From an uncultured Nitrospiraceae bacterium (GTDB lineage: Bacteria; Nitrospirota; Thermodesulfovibrionia; Thermodesulfovibrionales; Dissulfurispiraceae): a DNA stretch of 64,000 nucleotides. This document shows positions 51,992-61,155 of this stretch, piece by piece (positions within the stretch are counted from its first letter, which is position 1; each line of letters begins with the position of its first letter). Under the pieces are notes generated by a model, which worked only from the letters and a program-made list of their open reading frames with translations, did not search any database and was not told the DNA's origin. The position numbers and the translations under genes are program-made. Location: contig CAVSHF010000003.1 of NCBI GenBank assembly GCA_963727805.1, forward strand, positions 448,001 to 512,000, in the 5' to 3' direction.

Positions 51992-53797
51992 TTACTCCCT
52001 AGCAACGGATTTGAATTTGCAGACATCAAAGCACCCGCCGCATTTGACACACAATTCCTGATTGATCTCATGCGGCTTCTTCTTCTCCCCAGTTATCGCA
52101 GCCGAGGGACAGGCCCGCTTGCAGGCGCCGCACCCTGTACAAGTCTTTTCAAGTATCGAATATACGAGAAGATCCTTGCAAACCTTCGCGGGACATTTTT
52201 TGTCACGAATATGGGCTTCATACTCATCCCTGAAATAGTTAATCGTACTTAAAACCGGGTTGGGTGCTGTCTGCCCGAGACCGCAGAGAGAAGCGGATTT
52301 GATGTCTTTACTCAAGCCTTCGAGAAGTTCGATATCGCCCTCTCTCCCTTGTCCCTTGGTGATCCGCTCAAGAATTTCGAGGAGCCGTTTCGTGCCGATC
52401 CTGCACGGCACGCACTTACCACATGACTCCAGCTGCGTAAAAGCAAGGAAGTATTTTGCAATATTGACCATGCAATTGTCTTCGTCGAGGACTATCATTC
52501 CGCCCGAGCCGACGATCGATCCCACTTTTGCGAGGGATTCGTAGTCGACATTAATATCGAGCATGCTTGCAGGAATGCATCCACCTGAAGGTCCGCCGGT
52601 CTGGACCGCCTTGAGAGCCTTGCCGCCTTCGATGCCTCCGCCGATATCGTATATGATTTCTCTAAGTGTTATGCCCATTGGCACTTCGATAAGGCCGGTG
52701 TTCTTGACCTTTCCGGTCAATGCAAAAACCTTCGTACCTTTCGATTTTTCCGTGCCATAAGACGCATACCAAGCAGCGCCTTTGTTAAGAATGTAAGCAA
52801 TATTTGCCAAAGTCTCGACATTATTAATGACAGTCGGTTTGCCCCAGAGTCCACAGAAAACGGGGAAGGGTGGTTTAGGCCGAGGCATTCCACGCTGTCC
52901 TTCAATGGAGGCAATGAGGGCTGTTTCTTCTCCGCACACAAAGGCACCGGCGCCGAGTTTTAGTTTTATATCGAAATTGAAGCCGGTACCCATTATGTTC
53001 TTCCCGAGAAATCCTTTTCCTTTCGATTCTTTAATTGCCTGAGAAAGTCTTTCTACGGCAAGCGGATACTCGGCCCTGACATAAACATATCCCTTGTCGG
53101 CACCGATCGCGAAAGCACCAATAATCATACCCTCGACCACAGCATGGGGGTTGCCTTCCAGTACAGCCCTGTCCATAAAAGCTCCAGGGTCTCCTTCATC
53201 GGCATTACAGATGATATATTTCTGGGATGATGGTACTTTGCGGCATGTTTCCCATTTCACACCAGTCGGGAATCCTGCACCACCACGGCCTCTCAGACCA
53301 GAACGTGTCAGTTCATCAGTAATATCAGCAGGGCTCATTGTCTTAAGGGCCTTTTCAGTAGCCTTGTACCCACCGTTGGAAATATAGGACTCGAGGCTTT
53401 CCGGATCTACGATACCACAATCAGAGAGGACTACTTTGATCTGTTTCTTATAGAAATTATCATACTCTTCATCAGCCAGCCAATCTGAAACAGGCTTGCC
53501 GTTTATAATATGCTCATCGACAATACGCTCAACCATATCAGCTTTGACATACTGGTATGTTGTTTTTTTGTCATTAATGAATACATCCACAAGAACATCT
53601 TTTGAACATAAACCGAGGCAGCCGACCTTATGAGTAGAGCACCTATCTTTAATTTCTGCCGATATCTTGGCCTGGCCAAGGTGTTTCTCAAATGCCGAAA
53701 GCACCTCGCCACCTCCGGAGGCTATGCCACCCGGACCCATGCAAACTCTAATTGATAAATTTTGTATTGTTTCTTTAGGTATTGTTTTTTTAGGCAT
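51992..53797 (-). CDS. NuoF/HydB/HylB-like NAD(H)- and FMN-binding subunit
   Basis: N-terminal thioredoxin-like 2Fe-2S domain, SGLRGRGGAGFPTG, CNADEGDPGAFMDR, GGPSGG, ESCGKCVPCR, C-terminal 2x[4Fe-4S]. Confidence 0.93.
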   Translation of the reverse strand: MPKKTIPKETIQNLSIRVCMGPGGIASGGGEVLSAFEKHLGQAKISAEIKDRCSTHKVGCLGLCSKDVLVDVFINDKKTTYQYVKADMVERIVDEHIINGKPVSDWLADEEYDNFYKKQIKVVLSDCGIVDPESLESYISNGGYKATEKALKTMSPADITDELTRSGLRGRGGAGFPTGVKWETCRKVPSSQKYIICNADEGDPGAFMDRAVLEGNPHAVVEGMIIGAFAIGADKGYVYVRAEYPLAVERLSQAIKESKGKGFLGKNIMGTGFNFDIKLKLGAGAFVCGEETALIASIEGQRGMPRPKPPFPVFCGLWGKPTVINNVETLANIAYILNKGAAWYASYGTEKSKGTKVFALTGKVKNTGLIEVPMGITLREIIYDIGGGIEGGKALKAVQTGGPSGGCIPASMLDINVDYESLAKVGSIVGSGGMIVLDEDNCMVNIAKYFLAFTQLESCGKCVPCRIGTKRLLEILERITKGQGREGDIELLEGLSKDIKSASLCGLGQTAPNPVLSTINYFRDEYEAHIRDKKCPAKVCKDLLVYSILEKTCTGCGACKRACPSAAITGEKKKPHEINQELCVKCGGCFDVCKFKSVARE

Positions 53798-54266
53798 CGT
53801 CTTTTTTCAACTCTTTCTTGAGGGACCTGATCTCCCTGGTGAGTGCATCGGGGGTCGTTTTTCCTACCATTTTTCCGTTAACAACAACAACAGGCGCCAT
53901 GCTGCATGTGCCGAGGCAGGCAAGCTTTTCGACTGTAAACAGCCGATCTTCCGTGGTATCCTGATCTGTTTCGAGCTTTAGTTCTCTCTTAATGGCATTG
54001 ACCAGACGTTCGGCGCCCCTGACATGACAGGCCGTACCACAGCATGCTGTGATGATATTTTTACCTCTTGGTTTGAGATGAAACTGGGCGTAAAACGTGG
54101 CGATGCCAAAGAACCGGCTTGCCGGCACATCGAGCTCACTCGCATACCAGAATACCGCTTCGCGTGGGACATAACCGAAAGACTCTTGAGTGTCCTGCAG
54201 GAGGGTAATAAGATTGCCTTCGGATTCCTTATATTTCCTGAGTAGACCTGTTAGAATTTCTTGCAT
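53790..54266 (-). CDS. NuoE/HydC-like [2Fe-2S] subunit
   Basis: ATFYAQF, CCGTACHVRG, CLGTCSMAP. Confidence 0.93.
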   Translation of the reverse strand: MQEILTGLLRKYKESEGNLITLLQDTQESFGYVPREAVFWYASELDVPASRFFGIATFYAQFHLKPRGKNIITACCGTACHVRGAERLVNAIKRELKLETDQDTTEDRLFTVEKLACLGTCSMAPVVVVNGKMVGKTTPDALTREIRSLKKELKKDDA

Positions 54267-54647
54267 AGGACGAAATATAGCACATCCAGCACTTCGAAAT
54301 CAAAAAAAATTAATTAAATATTTTAATTTGATTATAATAAGGCACTTTCTGCATTGGATTCGCCATGGACAAGCGCGGCGCTGCCCCATGAGGCTTGATC
54401 AATCTCCTTATAATTGCATTATCGCAAAGTGATATTGATCATAACGATGCCAATTTGATTGTATCAAAGATGTTGTATGCACACACTTAAGAGTAGCAGT
54501 ATATCATCTGACAAAAGTTTAAAAGACCGAGCCATAAATTTTTATTATTGACGGCATCGTGATATAATGTTACTTCGTTTTTTACGTTAAAAATAGGACC
54601 TTGCGAACTGAAGAAAGGACCATCCAGGGTTTTGATCCCTGCTCTCT

Positions 54648-57137
54648 ATGAACCAGAACCTATCGACTACGCTCTGCAATAAGGCCTCTGAACTGATCAG
54701 GCAAGGGGATGACGGTTTCTCTCTCGTCGATCAATTGACGAAATCCGTGGACGATGTCGTTGTGTCTTCCTATGTGTCAACAATGCAAGACATTGCCTCT
54801 CCGGATTCTACCGAACTGGCCCTACTTTCGGTTGGAGGATACGGACGTAGGGAGATAATGCCGTATTCCGATGTCGATATCATGCTTCTCGCCAGAAGCG
54901 ATAATAAAAGTGTCAAAGAGGCGGCACAGGCCGTGCTTTACCGGCTGTGGGACCAGGGGCTTAACATCAGCCATTCATTCAGAACACTAAAGGGATGTGT
55001 CGATGAGGCAATGAGAGAGTTGCATACGCGCACTGCACTTCTGGACTGCCGTTTCCTTGCCGGAAATGAAGCGCTCTTCGACGAGTTTAAACGGGATGTA
55101 TATCAAAAACTTTTGTTCAAAGCTCAAAAGAACTTCACTGGGGAAGTAATCAGAGAAATCGATCGGAGACACAAGGCATCAGGTGATTCGCTTTATCTAC
55201 TGGAGCCCAACGTCAAGGAAGGCAGGGGTGGGCTAAGGGACGTTCATGCAATCTCGTGGCTCTCACGGTCTGAACTTAAGATCAGTACAATCGAGGGATA
55301 CGAGCAGTTTATGACGGCATCACAATTCAGGGAATTTCTTTCAGCATATCGATTTTTATTGAAAGTTCGTGCAGGCATTCATATCATTTCTGCGAGAAAG
55401 AACGATATCCTATCCGCCGAACTTCACGATGAAGTTGCTACTCTTCTTGGATTCAGGGACACCTCAAGATTCTTTGCCTCAGAAATCATGATGAGAATCT
55501 TATACCATCGGTCAAGGGCTGTAGTTGATGCCCTGGCGAAGGTAATCAACTTGTGCGGGAAGAGATATTTCCATTTTCCCGCACCGTTCATGGTTAGGAA
55601 GATTACAGACGACTTTTATCTGTCGAGAAATGAGATTATTGTAAAGAACCATGAGCTGTTCGCTGAACCTGCCAAGATAATCGAGGCATTTCATATCTAC
55701 TCTGTAACCGGAAAGGAGTTCAGTTATCAGGTTGAAGAACTGCTCAAGAGCCGAGCTTTTTTGATCACTAATCCGGACCTCACGTTACAACCGTCAGTTC
55801 ATTATTTCTGGGAAATCCTTAAGGGCGGAAGAGTCTTTGAAACACTCCGAAAAATGCATGATACCGGTGTTCTCGGCCGATTCATTCCTGAATTCGGCAG
55901 ACTGCGGCACCTCATTATCCTCGAATCTTTCCACAAGTATACGGTAGATGAGCATACTCTTCTCGCCATAAGAAATATAGAACGACTCAAGGATACAAGA
56001 CAGGCGAAACTCAAGTATCTTGCTGATATACTGAAGAAAGTAAAACAGGAAGTCCTCTACTTGGCGATACTCCTGCACGACATAGGAAAGGGAGTATCTA
56101 GGAAACATCAGGAGGCGGGCTACATAATAATTAAGGGCATTCTTGAACGGCTTCTTGTGGAACATGGAGATAGGCAGAAAATAGAGTTTCTTGTTGCAAA
56201 CCATATCTTTCTTGCGAAGCTTGCTATGACACGTGATGTCGATGCTCCAGAAACAGTTACCCAGCTTGCTGAGGCAGTCGGTGACGAGAAGAATCTTGAT
56301 GCTCTGTACCTGATGACCTATGCCGACATGAGTGCTGTAAATTCCTCATTCTGGAATGAGTGGAAGGCTTCGATACTGCATGAACTTTTTAGCAAGACGT
56401 GCGACCATCTCAAGGGGATTGCTCATGATCCTTATCTATTGCTTGATGACCGGCTCATGCTCTTTGCCCAGGAAATGCCGGAAAGATATCTGATATCAAC
56501 CACAGTTGACGAAATGCGTGCCGATTATGCATTGACTGAACAAGCGAAGAAAGAAAGCCCCGTCGTCTCTATTAAGGAAAGGGGCGACAGTACAGCGGAA
56601 ATCACAGTCGTTACATATGGAATGCCAAGGCTCTTCTCAAAGATTGTCGGGATTTTAAGTTCGCGCGGCCTGAACATCGTGCGCGCAAGACTCTTTACAG
56701 GGAAACAGGGAATGGTGGTTCGCAAAATCGTAGTATCGAACTGGGCACAGCTTTTCTGGGAGGGAATGGAAGCTAGTATCCTGGCAGATCTAAAAAAGGC
56801 GATTCTCCTCGATGAACTACTCATTCCCGAACCGACGGCATTCGGAGAAGCAAAAAACCCTGCGAAGCGGTTTGAGTTCTTTCTGGAGATCGAAAATGAG
56901 ACATCGGACCAGTATACGCTCCTCGAAGTTATGCTGCCCGATAAAATAGGACTTTTACATGCTATTACGATTCGTTTGTATATCTATAATATTGATATAC
57001 TATCGGCAGTGATCAATACCGATGACGGTACAGCCCATGACGTTTTTTATCTGCAGAAGCATGGCGGCAAACTTGGCCTTGAAGACTGTTTGCAGATACT
57101 GAATGGACTGCGAGCAGTCGAGACGGACGCCGTGTAG
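54648..57137 (+). CDS. glnD: [Protein-PII] uridylyltransferase
   Basis: VGGYGRRE..PYSDVD, EPNVKEGRGGLRD, HKYTVDEH, LLHDIGKG, two ACT domains. Confidence 0.94.
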   Translation: MNQNLSTTLCNKASELIRQGDDGFSLVDQLTKSVDDVVVSSYVSTMQDIASPDSTELALLSVGGYGRREIMPYSDVDIMLLARSDNKSVKEAAQAVLYRLWDQGLNISHSFRTLKGCVDEAMRELHTRTALLDCRFLAGNEALFDEFKRDVYQKLLFKAQKNFTGEVIREIDRRHKASGDSLYLLEPNVKEGRGGLRDVHAISWLSRSELKISTIEGYEQFMTASQFREFLSAYRFLLKVRAGIHIISARKNDILSAELHDEVATLLGFRDTSRFFASEIMMRILYHRSRAVVDALAKVINLCGKRYFHFPAPFMVRKITDDFYLSRNEIIVKNHELFAEPAKIIEAFHIYSVTGKEFSYQVEELLKSRAFLITNPDLTLQPSVHYFWEILKGGRVFETLRKMHDTGVLGRFIPEFGRLRHLIILESFHKYTVDEHTLLAIRNIERLKDTRQAKLKYLADILKKVKQEVLYLAILLHDIGKGVSRKHQEAGYIIIKGILERLLVEHGDRQKIEFLVANHIFLAKLAMTRDVDAPETVTQLAEAVGDEKNLDALYLMTYADMSAVNSSFWNEWKASILHELFSKTCDHLKGIAHDPYLLLDDRLMLFAQEMPERYLISTTVDEMRADYALTEQAKKESPVVSIKERGDSTAEITVVTYGMPRLFSKIVGILSSRGLNIVRARLFTGKQGMVVRKIVVSNWAQLFWEGMEASILADLKKAILLDELLIPEPTAFGEAKNPAKRFEFFLEIENETSDQYTLLEVMLPDKIGLLHAITIRLYIYNIDILSAVINTDDGTAHDVFYLQKHGGKLGLEDCLQILNGLRAVETDAV

Positions 57138-57150
57138 GGAGTTTCTGACT

Positions 57151-60100
57151 TTGTTGATAAAGAAAAAGACAGCATACCTATCGATTTTTGTCTTTGTGGC
57201 GGGGCTCCTTTTCTTCGCCGCAAGAGGCCCCTATGTCTCGAATGCCCTGAAGAAGCTCATCCTGCCTGAACTCGAACTTATGACTGGTAGAAAGGTAATT
57301 GCGGGTAGGATTTATATCAATATTTTCCCATTGTTCGTTGAAATGAAGGATGTGACCGTTTTTGATGAAGAAGGGTCAAAGCTGCTTGATGTTGAGAGGG
57401 TCAAAGGATATGTGTCACTGACAGGCTTTTTCGCTAAAGAGATGGTCATCAAGAGACTCGTCATAAGAAATGTTGATACTCAGCTCAAAAAAGCGGAGAT
57501 TGAGGAGATTATTGAAAACGTAAAAAAGTATCTTGCTATAGAAAGAAAAGATGTTTTAAAGGTCACTATCCATTCGGTTGTCCTCGACAACGCGCACCTT
57601 AATCTGCACGATGGCGAAAAGAGTATCTCGACGAAGGGAACCGATGCGGAAGTTTTGCTGGTCGGAAAGCCTTCAGTCGCCATGTCCTTGCGGGAGATTA
57701 AAGTGATTATTCCCGGGATGCCGGTGTTGTCCGGCTCTGTGGAAACGCTCTTTACAATGCTGAAGGACACGATCGATATAAAAAGACTGAAAGTCGATGC
57801 CTACGGTTCAAAAATTATAAGCTCGGGTGGCATCGGCACGCGCCCTTTCTCTGGCGAACTTAAAGCAGAGACGGACCTGTTGTCAAACTCATTTAAAAAA
57901 TTATTTGGTCTTAAGAATAGGGGTGATGGCAGGATATCAATCTCCGGGATCGTGAAGGCGCGAAGCTTTATTGCACTTAAAGACATTTATCTTGATCTTA
58001 AACTGAAAGGGGACCTTTATCTCGAAACACTCATGGAACTATTGAAGGTAAAGGAACAACTTGAGGGGCACGTTACACTGAACGGTAATATTAAAGGAGT
58101 CCTGAATGACCTGCATGCGACTGTGAGCGCGAAACTTGAAAATGGTAATCTCTTTAGTGTGAAGCTTGAAAAGCTCGATTGTAATATCAATTACAAAGAC
58201 AAGGCGATGAAATTTACCGATGCTAGAGCTTCCCTTTATGGAGGCACCGCAACTGCTGAGGCCATGATTGCGCTTCCGGTAGTCAATTACTATAACTTCA
58301 AGGTACATGCGGAGAGGGTGAGCAGTAAGGGAGTTTTCGAATTAATCAAGTGGGATCCCGGCATTGCAGAAGGAAAGGTCGACGGTGAAATTGCCTCCGA
58401 AGGCAGCACCTTCAACCCGCACGGCAGTTTTTCATATAGGAGATCAGCTGTCGGCAAAGACGTTCTTGAGCGAATTACTGCAATTGATGGAAACTTCAAC
58501 ATGTCTGAAAATATCGTGTCTCTACCCAATTTGACCGTGTCAACTGGTGTTTCATCGGTCTCTGCAGGGGGATCGGTCAACCTTCAGAAAAATACGCTCC
58601 TTTTCCGAGGAAGTGGGACTACGTCAAATATATATGACCTTTCCTATCCTTATTTTACGGCATTATCTGGTCCAGGAATATTTACAGCTGTATTATCTGG
58701 AGTTACTGCAGATCCAATCCTCGACCTGCAAGTCAAATCGGGTGATATGAAATTCCTGTCAAGTAACATGAACATGCCAAATTTATTTCGAGCGCATATT
58801 GTCTCCTTCAGTAACATGGAAGCCTCTGTAAGTTATAAGAAAGATCTTCTCACGGTTAAGGAGTTCAATGCAGTATCATCCGGAATGACCATCAAAACGA
58901 GTGGGAAGATAAGCTTTGAAGGTGCTAAGCACCTTTTTGATATCATTTCTCCTCACCATGACTTACAAATCAGTTTTGATAAGGGAGACCTTAAGGAACT
59001 TGCAGCCCTGTTCCAGGGAGCACCGCCCTTGAAGGGGACTTTCAATACGAGTTTCAGCCTTATTGGCCCCGGAGAAAAGGCTAGAGCGGAAGGACCAGTC
59101 CACGCCTCGAACATTATTATTGCCGACCGGTATGCCCTAGACGTAGCCGATTCTGTCGTCTCATTTGAAAAGGGAGAGTTTAACATCAAATCCTTATCGT
59201 TGAAGAAAGGCCCAGTAATCCTGAATGCAAAGGGGATGGTTACTCTGGATAAACGGTATGTCGTTTCTGCATCAGCAAAGAACCTTGATATTTATGATTT
59301 AATTCCCGGTTTATGGCAGGACAAATTAAAAGAACGGAATGTTAAAACTCTTGATTTGAATGATGTTTCAATTAATGGAAAAGGCACTTTTGGAAATCCA
59401 TTCATCGAACTTGAAGGAACACTAAAATACCAGGATCCTGACAGAGAACAGTCATCAGGGTCGGGAAGGATAAGGGCTGAACTTCGAGGGGAAAATATTT
59501 CACTCACCGGAAGTTTTATGGACGGAAAGATCAAGCTTCAAAGCGCAGCAAAGATCGATGGTGCGATACCATGGCACGCTGATATAGAATTACTCTCGGC
59601 ACGTTCTGACTTCCTGATCGCCGGGTTTTTGAAAGATATACCTGAAGACCTGCTTATTAATCTAAAGGGAAATATTCGGCTTTGGGGTGACAGGAATACC
59701 ATCAATGGCTCGGTTGTGCTTGATAAGGCCTATATTTATGGATACGGCTACGGTTTTACAAACTACAGGCCAATAGAGATAAAACTTCAGGACATGGTGC
59801 TGTCAGTGCAATCGTTTGCGCTGAAAAGCGAAGCTGCTGAGGTTCAGCTGAAGGGAAACGTTCACATTGGAAAAAGCTTTAATTTAACTATTGAAGGGGC
59901 ATCGTCTCTCGGGCCACTCAGGGCGCTATCACGAAATATCGATGTCCTCAAGGGGGATGCATCCTTTTCTCTTGCTCTCTCCGGAGATTGGAACCGTCCG
60001 AGAATGGATGGTAAAATGGATATTGCCAACGGCGCTTTCGGACTTAAAAGCATACCGCAGAGGCTTACATCTGTAACCGCACATATATACGCCGATGAAG

Positions 60101-61149
60101 ACCGGATAATTATTGAAGAGGCGAAAGGTAAGATCTCGGGCGGGGACATAGTTTTTCATGGCACTGTGTACCTGGACCGTTTCTCCCTGAAAAGGTTTAT
60201 TGTCGAATCGAATTTGAGTAATGTCACAGTATCCGTGTCGAGAAATTTCTGGGTCAATTTTGACGGAAACGTTTCATATCAGGGATCTCTTCAAGCCCAA
60301 AACGCCACCGGTGATATCAACATAAAAAAGGCTCGCTACACAGAACGCCTAGATTGGAAGAGTTGGCTTCTGCAGGCACGCAAACAGGAACGCCCAAAAT
60401 TGGAAGCCTTTAAGTTTAGCCAGACTGGACTTAATATGCGGGTGAGCGGACAGAATCTTTCAATCGATAATAATGTGGCGAGGGCAACTATGAAGATGGA
60501 CCTGCTCCTGAGGGGTACCATTGGTCAGCCCGTTCTGCTCGGAAGATTCGAAACCATCAACGGTATCGTTTATTTCAGGAACAATGAATTTTCTCTCGTC
60601 AAGGGAGTCGTCGACTTCGCTAATCCTAATGAAATCAGTCCCTACTTTGACGTTCTTGCTGAGACCCGAATAAAAAATTACACCATAAGGTTCTCATTGG
60701 ACGGCTACATCGATCAATTCAATCTATCGCTTTCAGCGAGTCCCACACTCGAAGAAAGTGACATCTTCAGTCTTCTTGCTGTGGGAGATGTCGGTAAGAA
60801 TTTGAAGGGACTAGAGGGCGGTATCGGTGCTGCAGAAGCAACTTCATTTCTGACTGGCAAACTGCAGGATGTTGCAGAAGAGCGACTGAAGACTATAACT
60901 GGAGTCGACCGGCTCCAGATCGATCCATCTATTTCAAGGACTACAGGCACTGCATCTCCACGTGTAACTTTATCCAAAAGACTGATCGGAGAACGTCTTT
61001 ATGCAACATACAGTGCATCAGCTGATGTCAAGGATGGACAGATAATAAAATTGGAGTATCTGTTGAGTAAAACCACTTCTCTCGTCGGGGTGAGAGATTC
61101 GCAAGGCGGCATCGGTGCCGACATCAAATTCCGTTTCGAGTTCAAATAG
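57151..61149 (+). CDS. tamB: Translocation/assembly module TamB (AsmA-like, C-terminal DUF490)
   Basis: N-terminal TM anchor, long beta-rich body, C-terminal ..GADIKFRFEFK; adjacent to an Omp85 gene. TTG start chosen from the AGGGAG RBS. Confidence 0.8.
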   Translation: MLIKKKTAYLSIFVFVAGLLFFAARGPYVSNALKKLILPELELMTGRKVIAGRIYINIFPLFVEMKDVTVFDEEGSKLLDVERVKGYVSLTGFFAKEMVIKRLVIRNVDTQLKKAEIEEIIENVKKYLAIERKDVLKVTIHSVVLDNAHLNLHDGEKSISTKGTDAEVLLVGKPSVAMSLREIKVIIPGMPVLSGSVETLFTMLKDTIDIKRLKVDAYGSKIISSGGIGTRPFSGELKAETDLLSNSFKKLFGLKNRGDGRISISGIVKARSFIALKDIYLDLKLKGDLYLETLMELLKVKEQLEGHVTLNGNIKGVLNDLHATVSAKLENGNLFSVKLEKLDCNINYKDKAMKFTDARASLYGGTATAEAMIALPVVNYYNFKVHAERVSSKGVFELIKWDPGIAEGKVDGEIASEGSTFNPHGSFSYRRSAVGKDVLERITAIDGNFNMSENIVSLPNLTVSTGVSSVSAGGSVNLQKNTLLFRGSGTTSNIYDLSYPYFTALSGPGIFTAVLSGVTADPILDLQVKSGDMKFLSSNMNMPNLFRAHIVSFSNMEASVSYKKDLLTVKEFNAVSSGMTIKTSGKISFEGAKHLFDIISPHHDLQISFDKGDLKELAALFQGAPPLKGTFNTSFSLIGPGEKARAEGPVHASNIIIADRYALDVADSVVSFEKGEFNIKSLSLKKGPVILNAKGMVTLDKRYVVSASAKNLDIYDLIPGLWQDKLKERNVKTLDLNDVSINGKGTFGNPFIELEGTLKYQDPDREQSSGSGRIRAELRGENISLTGSFMDGKIKLQSAAKIDGAIPWHADIELLSARSDFLIAGFLKDIPEDLLINLKGNIRLWGDRNTINGSVVLDKAYIYGYGYGFTNYRPIEIKLQDMVLSVQSFALKSEAAEVQLKGNVHIGKSFNLTIEGASSLGPLRALSRNIDVLKGDASFSLALSGDWNRPRMDGKMDIANGAFGLKSIPQRLTSVTAHIYADEDRIIIEEAKGKISGGDIVFHGTVYLDRFSLKRFIVESNLSNVTVSVSRNFWVNFDGNVSYQGSLQAQNATGDINIKKARYTERLDWKSWLLQARKQERPKLEAFKFSQTGLNMRVSGQNLSIDNNVARATMKMDLLLRGTIGQPVLLGRFETINGIVYFRNNEFSLVKGVVDFANPNEISPYFDVLAETRIKNYTIRFSLDGYIDQFNLSLSASPTLEESDIFSLLAVGDVGKNLKGLEGGIGAAEATSFLTGKLQDVAEERLKTITGVDRLQIDPSISRTTGTASPRVTLSKRLIGERLYATYSASADVKDGQIIKLEYLLSKTTSLVGVRDSQGGIGADIKFRFEFK

Positions 61150-61155
61150 GTGGAT

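Noticed and set aside
54340..54354. Possible sigma54 promoter AGGCAC-tttc-TGCA upstream of glnD
   Set aside because: GG-to-GC spacing does not fit the strict -24/-12 geometry.
54455..54467. FNR-like site TTGAT-N3-ATCAA between the fdh operon and glnD
   Set aside because: The spacer is 3 nt rather than the required 4, in an AT-rich region with many weak pseudo-palindromes.
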